DNA from: Convolutriloba macropyga
Taxonomy: Eukaryota
Assembly (NCBI RefSeq): GCF_964194025.1
Contig: NC_134471.1
Location: forward strand, 27,900,001-27,964,000
Direction: 5' to 3'
Length of the DNA stretch: 64,000 nucleotides
Made by a program: the position numbers and the translations under genes
The notes under the pieces: generated by a model
What the model was told of the DNA's origin: nothing
The model's input: the letters and a program-made list of their open reading frames with translations, nothing else
Database searches by the model: none
Shown: in pieces, positions 1 to 13,741 of the stretch
Numbering within the stretch: position 1 is the stretch's first letter
Layout of the letters: each line of letters opens with the position of its first letter

Positions 1-311
1 AGGTGTCCCTACTATAGTTTGTGTTCAGTAATAATTTCAATATTGCTTTTTTCAACAGAGATTGTAATCATTATTTGGGTCCTGTTGATCTTTTAAAGCA
101 ATTTTTCGCCCGGTCGAATGCTGCTGACCGTTTGACTTTTGGTTCTTAAAACGGGATAGACTGGTAAAACCCGAGGGTGTTAAGTGTCCGTTTAGTGCTA
201 TTAGAGCTCCAATACTCTACAAGTGTACGTATCACCAAAACTGCTGGGGATTTATCATGATTTATAGGAACATTGTGATGTTTGGAACCCCCAACACTTT
301 AGTCCCACCTA

Positions 312-346
312 CCCCCCCCCCCCCCCCCCCCACCACCACCACCACA
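312..346. repeat. poly-C tract followed by (CAC)n
   Basis: Run of 20 C (312-331) followed by ACC repeats. Confidence 0.9.
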
Positions 347-616
347 CAGCATGTTTAAACGTATCGAACACTGATGGTTTAGCGAAGAGCAAGTTTTAGA
401 AGCCCCTTGGAGAACTCTCGTTCAGAAGCTTCATGAATGTGTACAGTTTTGCGCATGCAATTCTTAAGTGCTTAAGTCTAGTGTCGTTTTGATAAAATTT
501 TCTTTGATTTAGTTACTGACAAAGATAGAAAGCTAGAAGTTGCAGAGTCGAATCCCATAATAGAAAATATCCCTAGCTGTCTCTCGTTTGGGCTTTCTTT
601 CCTTCTTTCTCGTTTA

Positions 617-619
<3 letters not shown>

Positions 620-661
<42 letters not shown>
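620..661. repeat. (CT)n microsatellite
   Basis: About 20 CT units; produces the spurious ERERER stretch in ORF 573..800. Confidence 0.95.
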
Positions 662-663
<2 letters not shown>

Positions 664-1710
664 CTTCCCCTTTTTTTTTCATTTCGTCTTTTGCTGCCTT
701 TTTTCTCCGTTAATTTAACTATCTCCCAAATCTTTTTTTGTTTTTTCCATCCTATGCATATCTGCAGATCTACAAAGCTATTGCGGCTATTTTCTGGCAA
801 TCTGCCAGCTATGTTTTATCGTTCTCGCCATACTATTTTATAGCTGCGAAGCTGTGAGCTGAGCGCAGCTATATTGCGGTGCTCTTGGTTTTTTTACAAT
901 TCAAAGAATTTGAATTGTATTGGGGCGCTGTCTTTTTTTTTAAGGTCTGTTCACACATTTTCATGATTTTTGAAGTCAAATTGGAGTAGTGATTTTGGTC
1001 ACGCCGAAACAGGAAATGGAGCGAAAAAGCGAGTGGTTTTGCGGCGTGAAATTTAATTGCTCTAATTTTAAAGTAGAGTGAGAATACGGTGTTTGAACAA
1101 AAATTCGCTTTATCGGTAGTGGTTTTTTGTTCACATGCGGCAATTTCACTCTGATTTTTACTGTCTTTTCGATTTTTTGGATCGGATTTTTTTCTAAATG
1201 GTTTTCCCAATCCATTCACAGCTCATTCTAGGCCTAGTTTTTTGTTTGAATTAAATTTTCATTTCTCGCTAGTGGTTTATTTTTTGACATTGATGCGGCA
1301 TTTTGACATTGATTTTCTGTTTTTTTCTTATTTTTTATCTGATTTTTCTAAATGGTTTTCCAAACCATTCATAGTCCGTTCTAGGTCTAGTTTTCTGTTT
1401 AGTCAATGAAAATTCTTTGAATTGTACGTCAGGACTTGTCCTGCTATGTTTTTTGTTTCGTCGTCTGACGCTCTTTTGTCGTTTTACATTTGTTCACACA
1501 GCAAAGCTGAAAAAGTCAAATTTTCTGAATGACTTCTTCCTCACGGCATTTGCGCGCGTGACGTCATTTCTCACTCGCTCTAGCAAAAGTTTTTAGGTTA
1601 TTTGCGTGATTAGATTTTGATCATACGTGACTTACCTCACTCAATAAAATGACTTTTGCACTTTAAAACTTAAGTTCACATTGAATTTGTTTAAGGTCAA
1701 AGGAACTCAT

Positions 1711-2176
1711 ATGTACAGTAAAGGTACCTAATGAGAGGCTTCTGTGGAATGAATTTTAACAAGCTTTATTAATTTATCGCTGAATGTTTTTTGCCTAGTT
1801 TTTTGAGCGGCGTCGATTTCGATTCTTTTTTCGATTTAGATCTGTATCTGTTTCTATCTCTATTATATGGCACGCAGGTCTATTCTTTCGCAGCTATTCC
1901 GGCAATCTGCCGGCTATGTTGTTCAATTTTGCATGTAGTTCTTATGTACAGTAAAGGTACCTAATGAGAGGCTTCTGTGGAATGAATTTTAACAAGCTTT
2001 ATTAATTTATCGCTTAATGTTTTTTGCCTAGTTTTTTGAGCGGCGTCGATTTCGATTCTTTTTTCGATTTAGATCTGTATCTGTTTCTATCTCTATTATT
2101 TGGCACGCAGGTCTATTCTTTCGCAGCTATTCCGGCAATCTGCCGGCTATGTTGTTCAATTTTGCATGCAGTTCTT
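1711..2176. repeat. 233-bp head-to-tail tandem duplication
   Basis: ATGTACAGTAAAGGTACC starts at 1711 and at 1944; the copies are near-identical. Confidence 0.9.
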
Positions 2177-3450
2177 AAGTGCGTAAGTATGGTGTCTTTG
2201 ATAGATTTTAAAATGTTATAATTACTAACTAGGCTTGAAAATTGGTGGTTGCAGGATCGAATCCGATCATGGAGAGTGTTCCAAGCTCTTGGTGTGTATG
2301 TGTTACTTTTTATTTTGTTACGACCATATGACGTCACAAACACTTCAAATCTGCTTTTTGTTCATTCGTTCATGCAATTTCAACTGAAGTGCGTGCGTGA
2401 CGTCATCTTTCATTGTTGGTGGAGCGAGTTTTTTTTGTTCATTCGCGTGATTAAATTTTTGGTCACACGTGACTTACCTCACTCTCAAAAATGACTTCCT
2501 CACTTTGAAATTGACTTTTATTTACTTTAATTCAGAGATTAGGTCAAATGGGTGTTTGTCACTCTAAGTGAAGGTTATTTGAGAGCAGCTAATAGAGGCA
2601 GCAAAAACTTATACAGATTTTCAATCAAAATTTGACATATCAGCCTCCAATGAAAAGACGATTTTTTTTGGTCTGTCTTTACTCTTTTTTTTAGACTGCA
2701 GATCTACAAAGCTATTGCGGCTATTTTCTGGCAATCTGCCAGCTATGTTTTATCGTTCTCGCCATACTATTTTATAGCTGCGAAGCTGTAAGATGAGCGC
2801 AGCTATATTGCGGTGTCCTTGGTTTTTTTTGTTTCGTCTGACGCTCTTTTTTCGTTTTACATTTGTTCACACAGCAAAGCTGAAATTTTCTGAATGACTT
2901 CTTCCTCTCACTAACGGCATTTGCGCGCGTGACGTCATTTCTCACTCGCTTTAGCAAAAGTTTTAAGGTTCATTTGCTTGATTAGATTTTGATCATACGT
3001 GACTTACCTCACTCAATAAAAATGACTTTTGCACTTTAAAACTTAAGTTTTATTTGAATTTGTTCAAGGTCAAAGGAACTCATATGTGAACTAAAGGTCC
3101 TTAATAAGAGGCTTCCGCGGAATGAATTTTAACAAGCTTTATTAATTTATCGCTGAATGTTTTTTGAGCTGCGTCGATTTTTTTTTCAATTTAGATCTGT
3201 ATCTGTTTCTCTCTCTATTATATGGCACGCAGGTCTATTCTTTCGCAGCTATTCCGACAATCTGCAGGCTATGTTATTAATTGCGTGATAGTTTATAAGG
3301 GTCATATGTATGAACGCACTGAACACCATGTTTAAGCGTTGAGAATTTTTCAGAGGCCTCTGGGATCTATGGTTTAGACGTTTCTTAAATTTTGTGTAAT
3401 TATATGCATGCAGTTCTTAAGTGTTTAAGTCTGGTGGTTTTTCAGAGATT

Positions 3451-3535
3451 TGTGTGTGTGAGCGTGTGTGTGTGTGTGTGTATTTGTGGGTGTGATTGTG
3501 TATATACGTGTGTTTGTATGCGCATGTGTGCGTGC
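3451..3535. repeat. imperfect (GT)n microsatellite
   Basis: TG dinucleotide runs with interruptions. Confidence 0.85.
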
Positions 3536-5998
3536 GCTCCTCTATCTGCCCTTCCCTCTCTTCCGCTCATGTCTATATCTAGATCTCTCTCACTCTGTCC
3601 CTGTTGACCTGTACATCTTGCTTTATTTAGAACAAAGTATTTTCTCGGTTTGTCTCAAGATTTAGCAGATTATCTTTGTGTTGGCATTGCGATAGCGAGC
3701 TTGATAGTTAGATCTGATAGCTTATTTTCTAAGTCATTGTGATAACTTTTTTCCTCAGACCATAAATTAGACCTACCGATCCATGATTCTTGAGACCATT
3801 TGACTTTATTTGACTTTATATTGGGGTAACTTTATTTCTCAGCAATTAAGATTGTCTGCTTTGCGCTATTTGAAACTCAACTTTTGCAGTGCCACTGATG
3901 AAGTACAAAATAAAAACTGACCACCAGATTGAACCCAATATGAGCCCAAATTTTGTGTGCTCTATTAGTTGATTGTTAATAGTCGCCCTCATCTTCTCAG
4001 CCGGCTATTATAGCGCTCCTATTTTTTTACATTTCAAAGAATTTGAATTGTATTGGGGCGCTGTCTTTTTTACGACTCGAAGAGAAGTATTGGAGAAGTC
4101 CTTTTTTTAATCAATTTTATTGGAGTGATTTTTGAAGCGGGAAATGAATCGCGTGAAAAAATGAAACGCGGGAGTGATTTTGGTGTTGAACAAATGTGAA
4201 GAGCGGAGCGGAAAGAGAGTGGTTTTTGTTCATACCGCTGTTTTTGAGAGAGCGAGAAATTGATGTATGAAAAAATTTTCTCTAAGCGAGCAAAATTTTT
4301 TGTTCACGTGCGGCTTTTAAAAGCAGTTTTTTGGAACTTTTAATGGTTATGGGGTTTGATTATGATATTGTTTTAGTTTAGGCTTGTTTTGATAGGGAGT
4401 GAAGGTTTCAAGTTCTTAATTTGAGTTTGATGCTAATTTGGAGGTTTTTGATTAGTTTTGCTGATTTTAGACGAAATTTAATGATTTTTTGCTTGTTTTT
4501 TTTAGTTCTACTGCTTTAAGTAGGATTTGAATAGATGCTTGTTGCTTAAGGAATTTTCAGTTACCAATTGATTAAAGTTTTTGTTGGTATAAAATATTTT
4601 TTTTCTAAGGAAATATGACAGAAAAATTGAGAAATTTTAAACCAGTTTTCTTATTTTTTTCCATTTTTTTTCTTAATCTTAGGCCATTTTTTAGCCTATT
4701 ATGACCTGCCCATTGCTCTGCGAGATTTTCATTGCTCTAATTGCAAAGAAACTTTATTCGGCTTTATGTTTCCTTGTACTATTAAATAAAAACTCACTAA
4801 GTTTTTCTAGTTTTTCTGTTCAACTTGTTTTTGAATGCCGTTTCTAATCTTCCTTATTTTTTATGGCATTTGTGGAGGTTTAGGCTCCACAATAGATTTT
4901 GTTCTAAATGGTTTTCCCAATCCATTCATAGTTCATTTTAGGCCTATTTTTTTAGAATCAGATTGACATTTCTCGCTAGTGGTTTTTTGTTCTCGCTAGC
5001 CGCATTTTGACATTGATTTTTTGTTTTTGGTCTAACTTTTTTGTTTAGTCAATGAAAATTCTTTGAATTGTACGTCAGGACTTGTCCTGGTATGTTTTTT
5101 TGCTTCGTCGAACTTTTTTTTCGCTTTACCTTTTTGCCGCTTTTCCGACATTTTGCGTGAAATCTTTTTGACTTCTCTAGGCTAGTTTCACTCTTCTGTC
5201 ATTCTGCTCAAAGTCTTTTTTAGACAGCAGCTGCTCAGCAAAGCAATTCAAAATGAAGAAAGTCGGTGTAAAAAATCAAAGTCAGAAATATAAACGGGAT
5301 AAATCCTTAAAGCCCATAATAGATGCCCGGTACTTGAACTTTGTTCTCATAAGTTTTAGTTACTATCTATAATGATTATTGGTAGTACTACTAGACCCTG
5401 TAGCCTCTCACTGAGAGACAGCAACTACGAAATGACATCAAAATAAATCGCACTTAAAAATGTTTTTGTACAAAAATCAATTTTTGTTGATATTTTCTTT
5501 TCTTTCAATCCCAATAGAGTTATGGGAATCAACGGCGGCTATTTTCCGGCAATCTGCCGGGTATGTTTCGAGTTTTTGATTGCTCTCAAACAAAGTTTGT
5601 AGTAATTATATTAGTCGCGTGCGTCTTTTGTATTCGATTTTTTACTATCAATTATTACGGAAACTGGTGAGAAGGCAATAACACAATTTTGTGAGGAGCA
5701 ATTTTTTTCGGTGGTTTAGACTGCCCCTTTTTGCACCCCCCCCCCTGTTCCGATCCCCTCATTTGAGTTTTAAATCTTTTTCTCTAATAAGGTTACGCTT
5801 GCCTACCTAAGCCCCAGCTTGCTACTTAAAAGCAATCGATTGCCATTCATTTTAGAGAAATCAACTGGTTTTTGAAATTCTCATCTGCCGCATGTAAATT
5901 TTAACAGCGCTCCATTCTTTGTGAGAGCTTTGTTTGATTCACGTTTCGAATAATAAGTACACTCCAAATTAACCCTTAGACTTTGTTGGATTTTCTCT

Positions 5999-6331
5999 CT
6001 AGATATCTTTTGTCGATACTCTCTGGAAATCTGTAGGTCGAGTTGAACTTCTTACCCCTTTTCCTTTTTTGTTCGATTTGAATTTCTCGTTTCCTTAAAC
6101 AATGATATCTTGTTAGTATGTTTGAAAGTTTTGTTGATACTTACGATTAGCGTCTATTCTTTCGTTTTTCGCTCGGTCATCACAACTAGGCTGACGATAT
6201 GTTGTCGGTGTTTCAGAAAGCTCTTCATTCTCCGCTGCTCCTGTTGTTGGCTCTTCATCTGGCAACATATCTGGCACTGGTATCTCCCCTTCTATCCCTT
6301 TGACCGGAGATGCCAAAGCAGATGCGGACAT
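5999..6331 (-). CDS. Candidate two-exon orphan gene, ~93 aa (exons 6331-6145, 6093-5999)
   Basis: ATG at 6331. The 51-nt intron 6144-6094 has a GTAAGT donor, TACTAAC branch point and TTTAAG acceptor. The phase-1 join is in frame to TAG at 5999. TATAAAA lies ~52 nt upstream of the ATG. No recognisable homology. Confidence 0.35.
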
Positions 6332-7599
6332 AATGGCTTTTTTCAAAGCCAGGCAGAAAGCATTAGGCCAAGGTCAGCTGTCTTTTATAGGGAACAATAA
6401 CAATGATTTAACATTGATTTTAGTGCAAGTGTTGTCTTACTTCATGCACAATTCATGATTATGGCTCGCTTCGTTAACGTCACTTTGCTTTGAAATTTTT
6501 AGCCGTTCAAATACGTTTAGTACAATAAAAATCTAGTGCTGTCAAAATCTAGATAATTATAGCAGTGAGCTCAGCATAGCTATATCGCGGTACTCGTGAT
6601 TTATACAATTCGAAATGTATAAAATCAAATATTGAAATTGCTACCGAATTTTATAACCAAAATCCATAAACGCGTCAGAAAATTTCGCTTTCGGGTTGTC
6701 TTTTTGCCTGCAATAGGCTCAAGTGTCTAATTGTTCTCAAACGAAGTTTGTAGCAATTGTATTTGTCCTGTGGTCTTTTTTACGCGATTTTTCCTTTAAC
6801 CCATTGTTCCTCGGAACCAATTGGCTTTTCGTCCTCAAAGCGGGATAAACAGGTAGCGCTTGGAGGGCATTAAGTGGCCGAGCAGCTCTCTTAGACCCTC
6901 ACGCTTGACTAGTCTCGAAGTATGTGATTCACCGAATTTGTTTTGAGGAGACAATTTCAGGGCTTCAGGGGGGCAGTTCTTAGTCTTAAAAGTTCGATCC
7001 CCTCAGTCACCCCCCCCCCCCCGCAGTTACCGCCGCAGAAAGCATCTTATCCTGATATTCCTGAACTTTTCTGATGAATTGTTTTGTTTTGAAGCAGTTA
7101 GGCAATGCGTACGCACTATCATGCGTCAGTAACTTTTGAATCAAATAATCGAAAACCGTTTTCATTTAATTTTTTATAGTAACTTTTTGAATAAATTTTT
7201 TTCGCAGATGATATCACGCTGCAGTTGTATGAACAATAATGAGCTTCTCGATTCCAAGTTGGAATTTTTTAAAAAACTTTCTTGCATATTTTTTCGAAAA
7301 CGATTGTGTTAGCATAAAGCATCTATCTGCGTAATTCGGTCTGAAACGGATGTTTGTTTCAGCAAATGTTTGAATGTCAATTCTACAGTTATCCTGGAAA
7401 GTGCAATGTATTTCACGCGAGATAAAAAACGATATTGGAAAGGAACCGACAAGGAAAAGTGATTTGTCTAAATGTCACATTGAAAAATTGTACAACAAAT
7501 TGAATTATTTGTGAAGTGCGTGCTTTTGTCAAATTGTAATTATGTAAATAAGATTTAGAAACAATTTTACTTGTGCATAACTTCATCAGTTCAACTTTC

Positions 7600-9985
7600 T
7601 CTCACATCAGACAATATTTACACGTTGGCGGCCGTCAAGTAGACTTGATTTCGAGGTTGCAAATAGGTGAACAGGAAAAGGCTCATCTGAGTTTGCGTGG
7701 AAAAGATTGTTTCCATATTTCTGTGGACAGCAATCAAAGCACAACATAATTACGCGTGAAAATCTTAAGAATTTGTGTACTATTGCTTCCAAAACAAAGG
7801 CAACAAAACTAATTTTGAAAATTCGGACATTTTTCTTTTATCTCAGTGAGAAGCTGACATCTCTAGAACAAACAAGTGTAAAAAAACTCACCTTATCTTG
7901 GTCATTGCGGAGTTCATTCGAAAGCAAATTTTATGGAATTATGAAAGCCGAAGTTAACCCAATGAATTCGTTCACACAGTTGTCGATAAGTCAGTTTAGA
8001 GATTTAATTTCGGCGTCGTCAAACAGTACCTCTCCACTGGACATCATTCCGACACATCTTGTTAAGTCATTTCCAGATTATTATTTTCTGGACCTCCTGA
8101 AACTTCTTAATCTTTCGCTGAAGGCGGGATATTTTCCCAAGTTCTTTGAAATGGCATTTGTTAAACCCCATTTGAAGAAAGCAAATTCTGATAGCAAAGA
8201 TTTTTCAAATTATCGACCTATTTCAAACCTAAGTTACATTTCGAAACTATTAGAGCGGGTGGCTTTTACGCAAAAGCGTGAACACCTTGAAAAGAATAGT
8301 CTTTTTAGTAAATACCAAAGCGCCTACAGGAAGTTTTCTACAGAAACAGCCCTAGTTAAAGTGACGAATGATTTGCTCCTCAACTTAGATAAGAAAAAAG
8401 CACTTTTTTTAATGGACTTGATCTATCAGTTGCCTTTGACACTCTCGATCTTTAATTACTTCTTTCGATTCTTGAAACAAGTTTGGGTTTCAAAGATAAA
8501 GTGCTTAGATTTTAAAATAGTTATTTGAAAAGTAGATCTCAAAAAGTGTTGATTGAAAGTGAATATTCGATGCCAAGAACTATAAAAATGGGTGTTCCTC
8601 AAGGATCTGTTCTAGGTCCCTTTCTTTTTACATGCTATCTTGTTCCTCTGGAAGTTCTGTTTGAACGTCTTGATGTCAATTATCATTTTTATGCCGATGA
8701 CACTTATCTATTTTGTTTACCATGCTTAGATAAATCATGGGGCTTTTGATTTAATACTTACGACCCTCAAAAAGTGGTTCAGTGGTGCTAAGCTCCGATT
8801 AAACTCGAATAAAACTAACAAACTGAGTACATGTTTATTAGTAGAAAGAAAAGTGTAAATTGCGATTTTGAACTCCCAGCAGACGCCAACTTTTCTAATA
8901 ATGCTACTTTGCTGGGCTTCAACTTAGATTCCAGATTTTCATATACAAAACAAGTTAGTTCTGTGTCCTGGATGTTATTATTTCTTGCGAAAAATTTATT
9001 CAGTCAGAGATACAGTCGACAGAAAATTGTTGATCGAGTTAGTTCGGGTAATGATTCTCTCGCGACTAGATTACTGCAACTCACTGTACTATGGACTACC
9101 TGCCATTAGTATACAGAAATTACAGCGTATAATGAACTCAGCATGTCTCATTTTTATACTATCACCTGGTTCACCAACAGCAAATTATATCAAACAGCTT
9201 CATTGGCTACCCATCAAACAACGTGTCCTCTACAAAATTCTTCTTTTCGGTCACCGTTTAGTTCACCATCCGTGGAAAGCATTAGTTTTCCGAAATGATA
9301 AGATGACTGGATGTCAATATGCATACAAATTGAAGGTTCCAGCAGACGCCAACTTTTCTAATAATGCTACTTTGCTGGGCTTCAACTTTGATTCCAGATT
9401 TTCATATACAAAACAAGTTAGTTCTGTGTCCTGGATGTTTTTATTTCTTGCGAAAAATTTATTCAGTCAGAGATACAGTCGACAGAAAATTTTTGATCGA
9501 GTTAGTTCGGGTAATGATTCTCTCGCGACTAGATTACTGCAACTCACTGTACTATGGACTACCTGCCATTAGTATACAGAAATTACAGCGTATAATGAAC
9601 TCAGCATGTCTCATTTTTATACTATCACCTGGTTCACCAACAGCAAATTATATCAAACAGCTTCATTGGCTACCCATGAAACAACGTGTCCTCTACAAAA
9701 TTCTTCTTTTCGGTCACCGTTTAGTTCACCATCCGTGGAAAGCATTAGTTTTCCGAAATGATAAGATGACTGGATGTCAATATGCATACAAATTGAAGGT
9801 TCCTAATGTCGACTGCATTTGGGGTAATATCTTTCAGTTTTGCTGTCCCTTTTGGATGGAATAAGTTGCCTTTTGAAATGAAACTAATACCCCATGAGTC
9901 TGATTATCGGAAAAACTGAGAAATTTTTTAATCTTTGATTTGGAAAGCACTTTTGAGTTTGTAAATAGTGCGTAGACCTATAATA
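7600..9985 (+). mobile_element. 5'-truncated, frameshifted L2/CR1-group non-LTR retrotransposon (ORF2 reverse transcriptase)
   Basis: Motifs NYRPISNLSYISKLLER, QSAYRKFSTETAL, GVPQGSVLGPFLF, YADDT, SRLDYCNSL and LHWLPI are spread over several frames. The 3' tail AAAGCACTTTTGAG...TATAAT resembles L2 ends. The 5' boundary is approximate. Confidence 0.9.
8876..9803. repeat. 463-bp tandem duplication inside the LINE
   Basis: CCAGCAGACGCC at 8876 and 9339; the RKIYSVRD...LKVP peptide occurs twice; CC microhomology at the junction. Confidence 0.92.
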
Positions 9986-11102
9986 TTTTCAAAGAAATGT
10001 TTTGTTTCACTTAAAGTGGGGCTTAAGAGGAACATCTAACCTGAAAATTAGACTCGGCTAAGGAATATAAAAAAAAGTTTAGCATCTTCCTTACGAATAT
10101 ATTTTTATTTATTAAGAGGATTTTTAACAGCCGCCCTCAGCTTCCGATATGGCATTTATTATTTAGGCGCTCTCCGTTTTACAGTTAAAAGAAATTGAAT
10201 TGTATTGGGGCACTGTCTTTTTAACGAGTAAAATTGCCGTGTGAACCAACTTTTTCTGAGCGAGAAAAGTTTTTTTAATGCGCTGCGTTAAGTGAACGAC
10301 TTTTTGACTCTAAAAAGAGTTTTTAAGAGATTGTTGTATATAGATGACGATTTTCAGCCGTGTTTTCGTTCATTTGGACCATTTCTTTTATTGTAATTTG
10401 GTGTTTTAGAAGTAAATTTTGATCCATGTCGCTTGAATATGCAACCATCTGAAATTGATGTCAAAATGTTTCTGAGAGCTTAATTATGCGTTTCAAGTGC
10501 AAAATTGGCCCATATTTCTCATTTTATTGAAACATTTTTTGGCTTTTTTTATTAATCATTTCATTTTTAACTCTTCGAGCTGACTTTTTTTAAACAAAAT
10601 TAGTAAATTTGTCAACGTATTTTTGATAATTCCTAAATTGGATGCCTCTTTTTGACGTGAGGTGCTTTTGTTTTTATAAAATTGTACACGCACTAATCCG
10701 ATTTCAGCTGTTTTTGTCATTTTTACTAAGATTTTTGTTTGTTCTTGGAGTTCTTTAAGATCTGTTCACATTTGTATGATTTTTGAAGTCAAATTGGACT
10801 AGTGATTTTGGTCACGCCGAAACAGCAAGTGGCGCGAAAAAGCGATTGCTTTTGCGGTGTCAAGTTTTTTCATTCTAATTTTTAAAAATGCTCTTTCTCA
10901 CTATTGTTTTTTTGTTCACATGCGGCAATTTCACTTTGATTTTTACTGTTTTTTCAATTTTTTGGATCGGATTTTTTAAATGGTTTTTCCAATCTATTCA
11001 AAGTTACTTCCAGGCCTAGTTTTTTGTTTAGACCAAATTTATCGTATTCGCTAGTGGTTTTTGATCACACGCGGCATTTTAACATTGATTTTTTCAGTTT
11101 TT

Positions 11103-11594
11103 TATATAGCCGCACAGCGATAGCTGTGGCTATTATTGGCCTTCTTTCTTTTTTTTTTATTTCGTCAAGATTTTTTTTACGACCATATGATGTCACAACT
11201 ACTTCAAATCTGCTTTTTGTGCACGCGATTTCAACTGAATTGCGTAGGTGACTTCATTTTTTACTCTAGTGGAGCGAGTTTTTTTTTGTTCATTCGCGTG
11301 ATTAAATTGGTCACACTTGTCATACCTCTCTCAAAAATGACTTCATCACTTTGAATTTGACTTTTATTTACTTTAATTCAAAGAGATAAGGTCAAATGGG
11401 TGTGTGTCACTCTAAATGAAGGTTAATTGAGAGCATCTAATAACACCAAAAGCTTATATAGATTTTTAATCAAAATATAACATATCAGCCTTCAATGAAA
11501 AGACAATTTTTTTGGTCTGTCTTTACCTCTTTTTTGAGATTGCAGATCTACGAAGCTATTGCGGCAATTTCCTGGCAATCTGCCAGCTATGTTT
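11103..11594 (+). mobile_element. Apparently complete HINE/DINE-1-like non-autonomous element
   Basis: 5' ATAGCCGC followed by a near-perfect fold-back (CACAGC-GATA-GCTGTG-GCTAT). 3' GCGGC(A)AT sub-terminal inverted repeat plus CTGGCA-ATC-TGCCAG hairpin. T-rich flanks and no TSD seen. Confidence 0.55.
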
Positions 11595-13741
11595 AATTTT
11601 TTTGATCTGATTTTTTGGAAATGGTTTTCCCTATTCACTCATAGTCCATTCCAGGTTTAAGTTCTGTTTAGTCTACACAAATTTCTTTGACATTTTACGT
11701 CAGGACTTGCCCGGCTATGTTTTTTTTTAAAATTCGGTTTACATTTTGCTCACCTTTTTCGTTTTACATAAGTCACGATTTTCGCGTTTGACTTCTGACT
11801 TACCTCAATCACTGTTTCAACTGAATGGATTCTAAATTCTTTCACGCATTGAATTACGCAATGTAGTGAATACGGTCAATATTAAAAAAAAATTATAAAC
11901 CGATAAAGCGCGGTCATTAAGTCATAGTGCATGAGGTTATCAAAGTTCATTAGAGCGATTCCCGTTACTCGAACTTTGTTACTAGGTACCATCTCTAATG
12001 CTTATTGGTATTGATACTAGCCCTTGTGTCGTCTCACTCCGAAACAGGAGTATGCTCAGATCCAAAATGACATCAAAATAGTTTGCACTTTAAAATTGTT
12101 TGTGTACAAAATTAATTTCTTTCATTAGTTTCTCTTCTTTCAATCCCAATCTTGGATATGGGAATCAACCTCGGCTTTTTTCCGGCAGTCTGCGGGATAT
12201 GTTTTAGACTTCTGAAAAATGAACAGTGACATACTTAACGTTTGCATGACATTCTTAATCACTTCTACTGTGGAATATGGCAGAATCAACTATGTTTTGA
12301 ATGTTTTGAAACTTTAGAAATTAATTTAACTCAAGCTTTCGACGGGTCTCGCAAACTACTACAAGCATTCACACGTACCAATAAAATTCGAATTGACTTA
12401 GCACCTATTAATTACAATAAGTTCCTATAACAAAGAGTGCGCTCCTGCTTGGCCAAGTGCGATTAGTTTATAATAAATAAATTCCTATTTTCATTCATTA
12501 GCTGCCATCTTAGTATTTTTCAATAGTGATTAATGTAACCAAATAATAAATAAACAGTTAGTCTTATTCAGCAGCAAAAATCTTGTCAATCATGCCCGTA
12601 AACTTATTTCACTCTTTATGGGACTTAACCTAAGTAATTGCACTCGAACGAAGATCGAAGCAACTATTATACACGTGTTTTTTTTCTGCAAAAGTTCGGG
12701 TCATTTTTTCACTTTATATCCTAATAGTGGTATATAATAACCTCTAATGACTTCATTTCAAGCACTTAATTGAACTTCTTAGCCCCCGCCCCACTAATTG
12801 TTCGTGAGCATTTGTTCCGACGGTGGCAGGTTATATATAAAAATTGATTTCAAGAATTGATATGTCAAAAAATCTACAAGTACGAGTAAAATTCGAGACC
12901 GCGACAGAATGTGTAGTGGCGATGTCGAAAAGATTTCATTGAATTCTTCAAGAAAACGTCAAGCAAAAGATTTAAAATAAATTTTTCAAACGTCGTTCGA
13001 GAGCAATTAATATTGCTCTCGAATGACGTTTGGAGATTGTAAATCTTTTGCTTGACCGTTTTCTTGAACATTATTTTGATTTCACTTCTCGAGTGAGTTT
13101 TTGGCACACATCTTCTTGGTTTTTGCGGTAAATTGCTTTTAATTAGAAATTAAGTCTCTCGCTATAAACAAAATCGGTTGTAAGAAAAGCGAAAACAAGA
13201 GCCTGATAGCCGAAGGTTTAATGCTTCGTTCGGCGGGTGTGCGTTGTTGGAATTTTTTGCACCCATAAATATTACCTGGGATAAAGTACCCTCTAATTTA
13301 AATTGCCCCACCTTACCTTCGAGAGCAATTTGTCTGACCTTAGTCGGTATATATTTGAATTTTTCGCATCAATTTTTCAAAGCATGCTGCACACATTAGG
13401 CCAGCTGAGTTTATTGTCAGAAACATTTGTTAACGTGAAAATTTTGATGCTGCGACCTGGAAATCTTTCACATTTGATTTATTTCAATTGTCAACAAGCG
13501 TTGTTGAAAGCAAAGGTTATTTGCATTCTATCAAATCAGGTTCAGAAAAGCTTTATTTTTCGAAAGTGTTAATCCATTCAAGTCTATCGTGTACCTATTC
13601 CGTTTTCAACATAGTGCAAATCTTATAAATTGTACAAATGTTCCATCCAATGATCCATTATGTTAGATTTGTAAACTGAACGAGTTGCATTTCAGACGTA
13701 TGATGTTTTGCTATTGATGTATCAATAGAAATAGAAAGATC

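Larger units (their letters stand above)
760..5570 (+). mobile_element. Mosaic of non-autonomous Helentron/DINE-1-like (HINE-like) repeat modules
   Basis: The end motif GCGGCTATT + stem-loop CTGGCA-ATC-TGCCAG + T-run recurs at about 783, 1890, 2125, 2718, 3247 and 5535. Hairpin ATAGCTGCG...CGCAGCTAT at 840-872 and ~2775. Shared blocks: 760-890 ~ 2695-2830; 1450-1930 ~ 2830-3275; 940-1310 ~ 10755-11095; 2310-2740 ~ 11170-11595. The family assignment is inferred from terminal architecture only. Confidence 0.55.

Noticed and set aside
573-3665. Short ORFs in the first 4 kb
   Set aside because: They derive from microsatellites and repeat modules, and their frames are not conserved between repeat copies.
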